Source of the DNA: Chiloscyllium plagiosum
Taxonomy: Eukaryota
DNA: 52,205 bases
Direction of reading: 5' to 3'
Assembly (NCBI RefSeq): GCF_004010195.1
Contig: NC_057759.1
Location: forward strand, 285,865-338,069
Every line of letters starts with the position of its first letter. The stretch's first letter is position 1. The notes beneath the pieces were generated by a model that saw only the letters and a list, made by a program, of their open reading frames with translations, searched no databases and was not told the DNA's origin. A program made the position numbers and the translations under genes. Shown piece after piece: positions 50,734-52,205 of this stretch.

Positions 50734-52182
50734 TCATTTGCATATAGGGGTCTGCCAACCCCACATGCCCCTGGATTCTCGGGCCCCGTCAATATTAGTA
50801 CCCCTGTCCTTCCGGCATAGTCTGGGGGTACTCTCCTTGCACCGGGGCTGCAGCTGCATTTGTGGCTTGGTAAGGCTGAGCAGCCTGTTGGAAAAGAGGC
50901 TGACTTGAGCGGACATACTGTCCTCCCTTCTAGCCTCATCGAGCTGTAACTTCAGCAACTGCACTTGAGCTGACTCGTTGCTCTGTTTATCTTCATCCTG
51001 TTTTGTCCTGTAACGCTTCATGTAGTGCGTCAAGTGTATCTCCCACTGTTCTGTAGAACAACCTGGGATATCAGGATTACTCTCCATTGCCTCTTTTACC
51101 TCCTTAGGCATCCCTGCCATAACGGCATTCCTAAATAATGTGGTCTGTTGGTGACCCGACCCTGGATGGCTCCCCGCAGTATCTGTCCACGTGCCCTTAC
51201 ACCTCGCCAAAAAGGCAGGCATATCCTCACCCTCCTTCATTGTGAAGGTGAGCAAGTGCATTGCTCCCGGTGGAATCGGAAATCAATCCTTCATTGCCCT
51301 TCCCACACAGGTGGCATGCTGCACAAACGGTTCCGAATCAGGTAGTAAGGTGGTCCCCGCCGACGCTTGAATCTGCTGTACTTCCCACATATTCAATTGC
51401 TTGCCCAACAATGCTCTCTCCAATCGCCCATAGCTAACTTGTACCCTAGTGTATATTGGCAAAATTTAGTCATCCAAGGCCCACCTCCCTCCATGGGTGG
51501 GGGTGTTTTATCCAGGATGCAGTTCATGTCAGTAAATGTGAAGGGCTGATAAACATCCCCCAAATAAGAGCCTCTGTAAATTAATGGCATTTGGTGGTGC
51601 TGATACTGTACGGGTTGTCGTAATGTGTCTCTGTGACGCAGTCTGTAACTTGCTTCAGGTAGGGGCTTCATTGGAGGGCCATGTTCGGTATGCATTGTGA
51701 GTGAGCCTTTCAAAGTGACGGGGTAAGTGTGTGGGTCATCCTCTGTCAGAGATTCTTCGTCCTCAATATCTGTACTATTTTCAGACTCCCCCCACCCCCC
51801 CATCCAATTTGTCTCTATCTCGCTCGTCCCTCAAATCTCTCCTTCTCCTGTCTGAGAACCTGTCATCTAGTAACTGAGCTGACCTATGTTATCTTCCCCT
51901 CCTTCCACTCTCAACACAATATGGTGTCGAGTGAGCATCTGGCTCTTCCAATAATGAATGTCTCCCTTGTTTCGGCTGTTCTTTGTTTCTGCTGTGCGTC
52001 ATTATCACCCTGCTCGCCTCCTCCACTTCTTTAACTCTCCGTTCAACTTCTAGTGTTAGTTTTTCTACCTTTCTGATGCTTTCTTCTACTGCTTCCACCA
52101 GTCTCTCTTTTACTGCTTCATACTCTCTCGTTCCTACTTCTTGCACATCTAACACCCCTTCTTGAACATACATAAGTGGCAT
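50734..52182 (-). pseudogene. gag: ERV gag, frameshifted; probably continues beyond the window
   Basis: Coiled-coil N-terminal part; YQPFTFTDM...PPPMEGGGPWMTKF...LAMGDWR and FRNAVMAGMP resemble fish ERV capsid; lies upstream of pol. Confidence 0.78.
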
Positions 52183-52205
52183 TTGTGATACAGGATATGG
52201 GGGCG

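Overview
Vertebrate genomic DNA, most likely a shark or ray (HE1/V-SINEs, HER1/CR1 LINEs, MADEKK-type H2B tails). It is a fragment of a replication-dependent histone cluster in repeat-rich DNA, with five assembly gaps. There are three H2B(-H2A) units. Unit 1 has an H2B with an in-frame 84-nt deletion, then an intact H2A. Unit 2 has intact H2B and H2A plus a convergent H4. Unit 3 is an inverted decayed copy with a 3'-truncated H2B and an orphan H2A promoter. No H1 or H3 is seen. Other content: a near full-length decayed Penelope-like element (RT + GIY-YIG); about ten short Penelope terminal-repeat insertions with hammerhead ribozyme motifs, inverted arms and 13-20 bp target duplications; a degenerate 49-bp satellite; two related solo LTRs; and an env-deleted endogenous retrovirus with a probable 2H-phosphoesterase remnant upstream of RT. 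All family assignments come from reading motifs by eye; no searches were run, and repeat boundaries are approximate.
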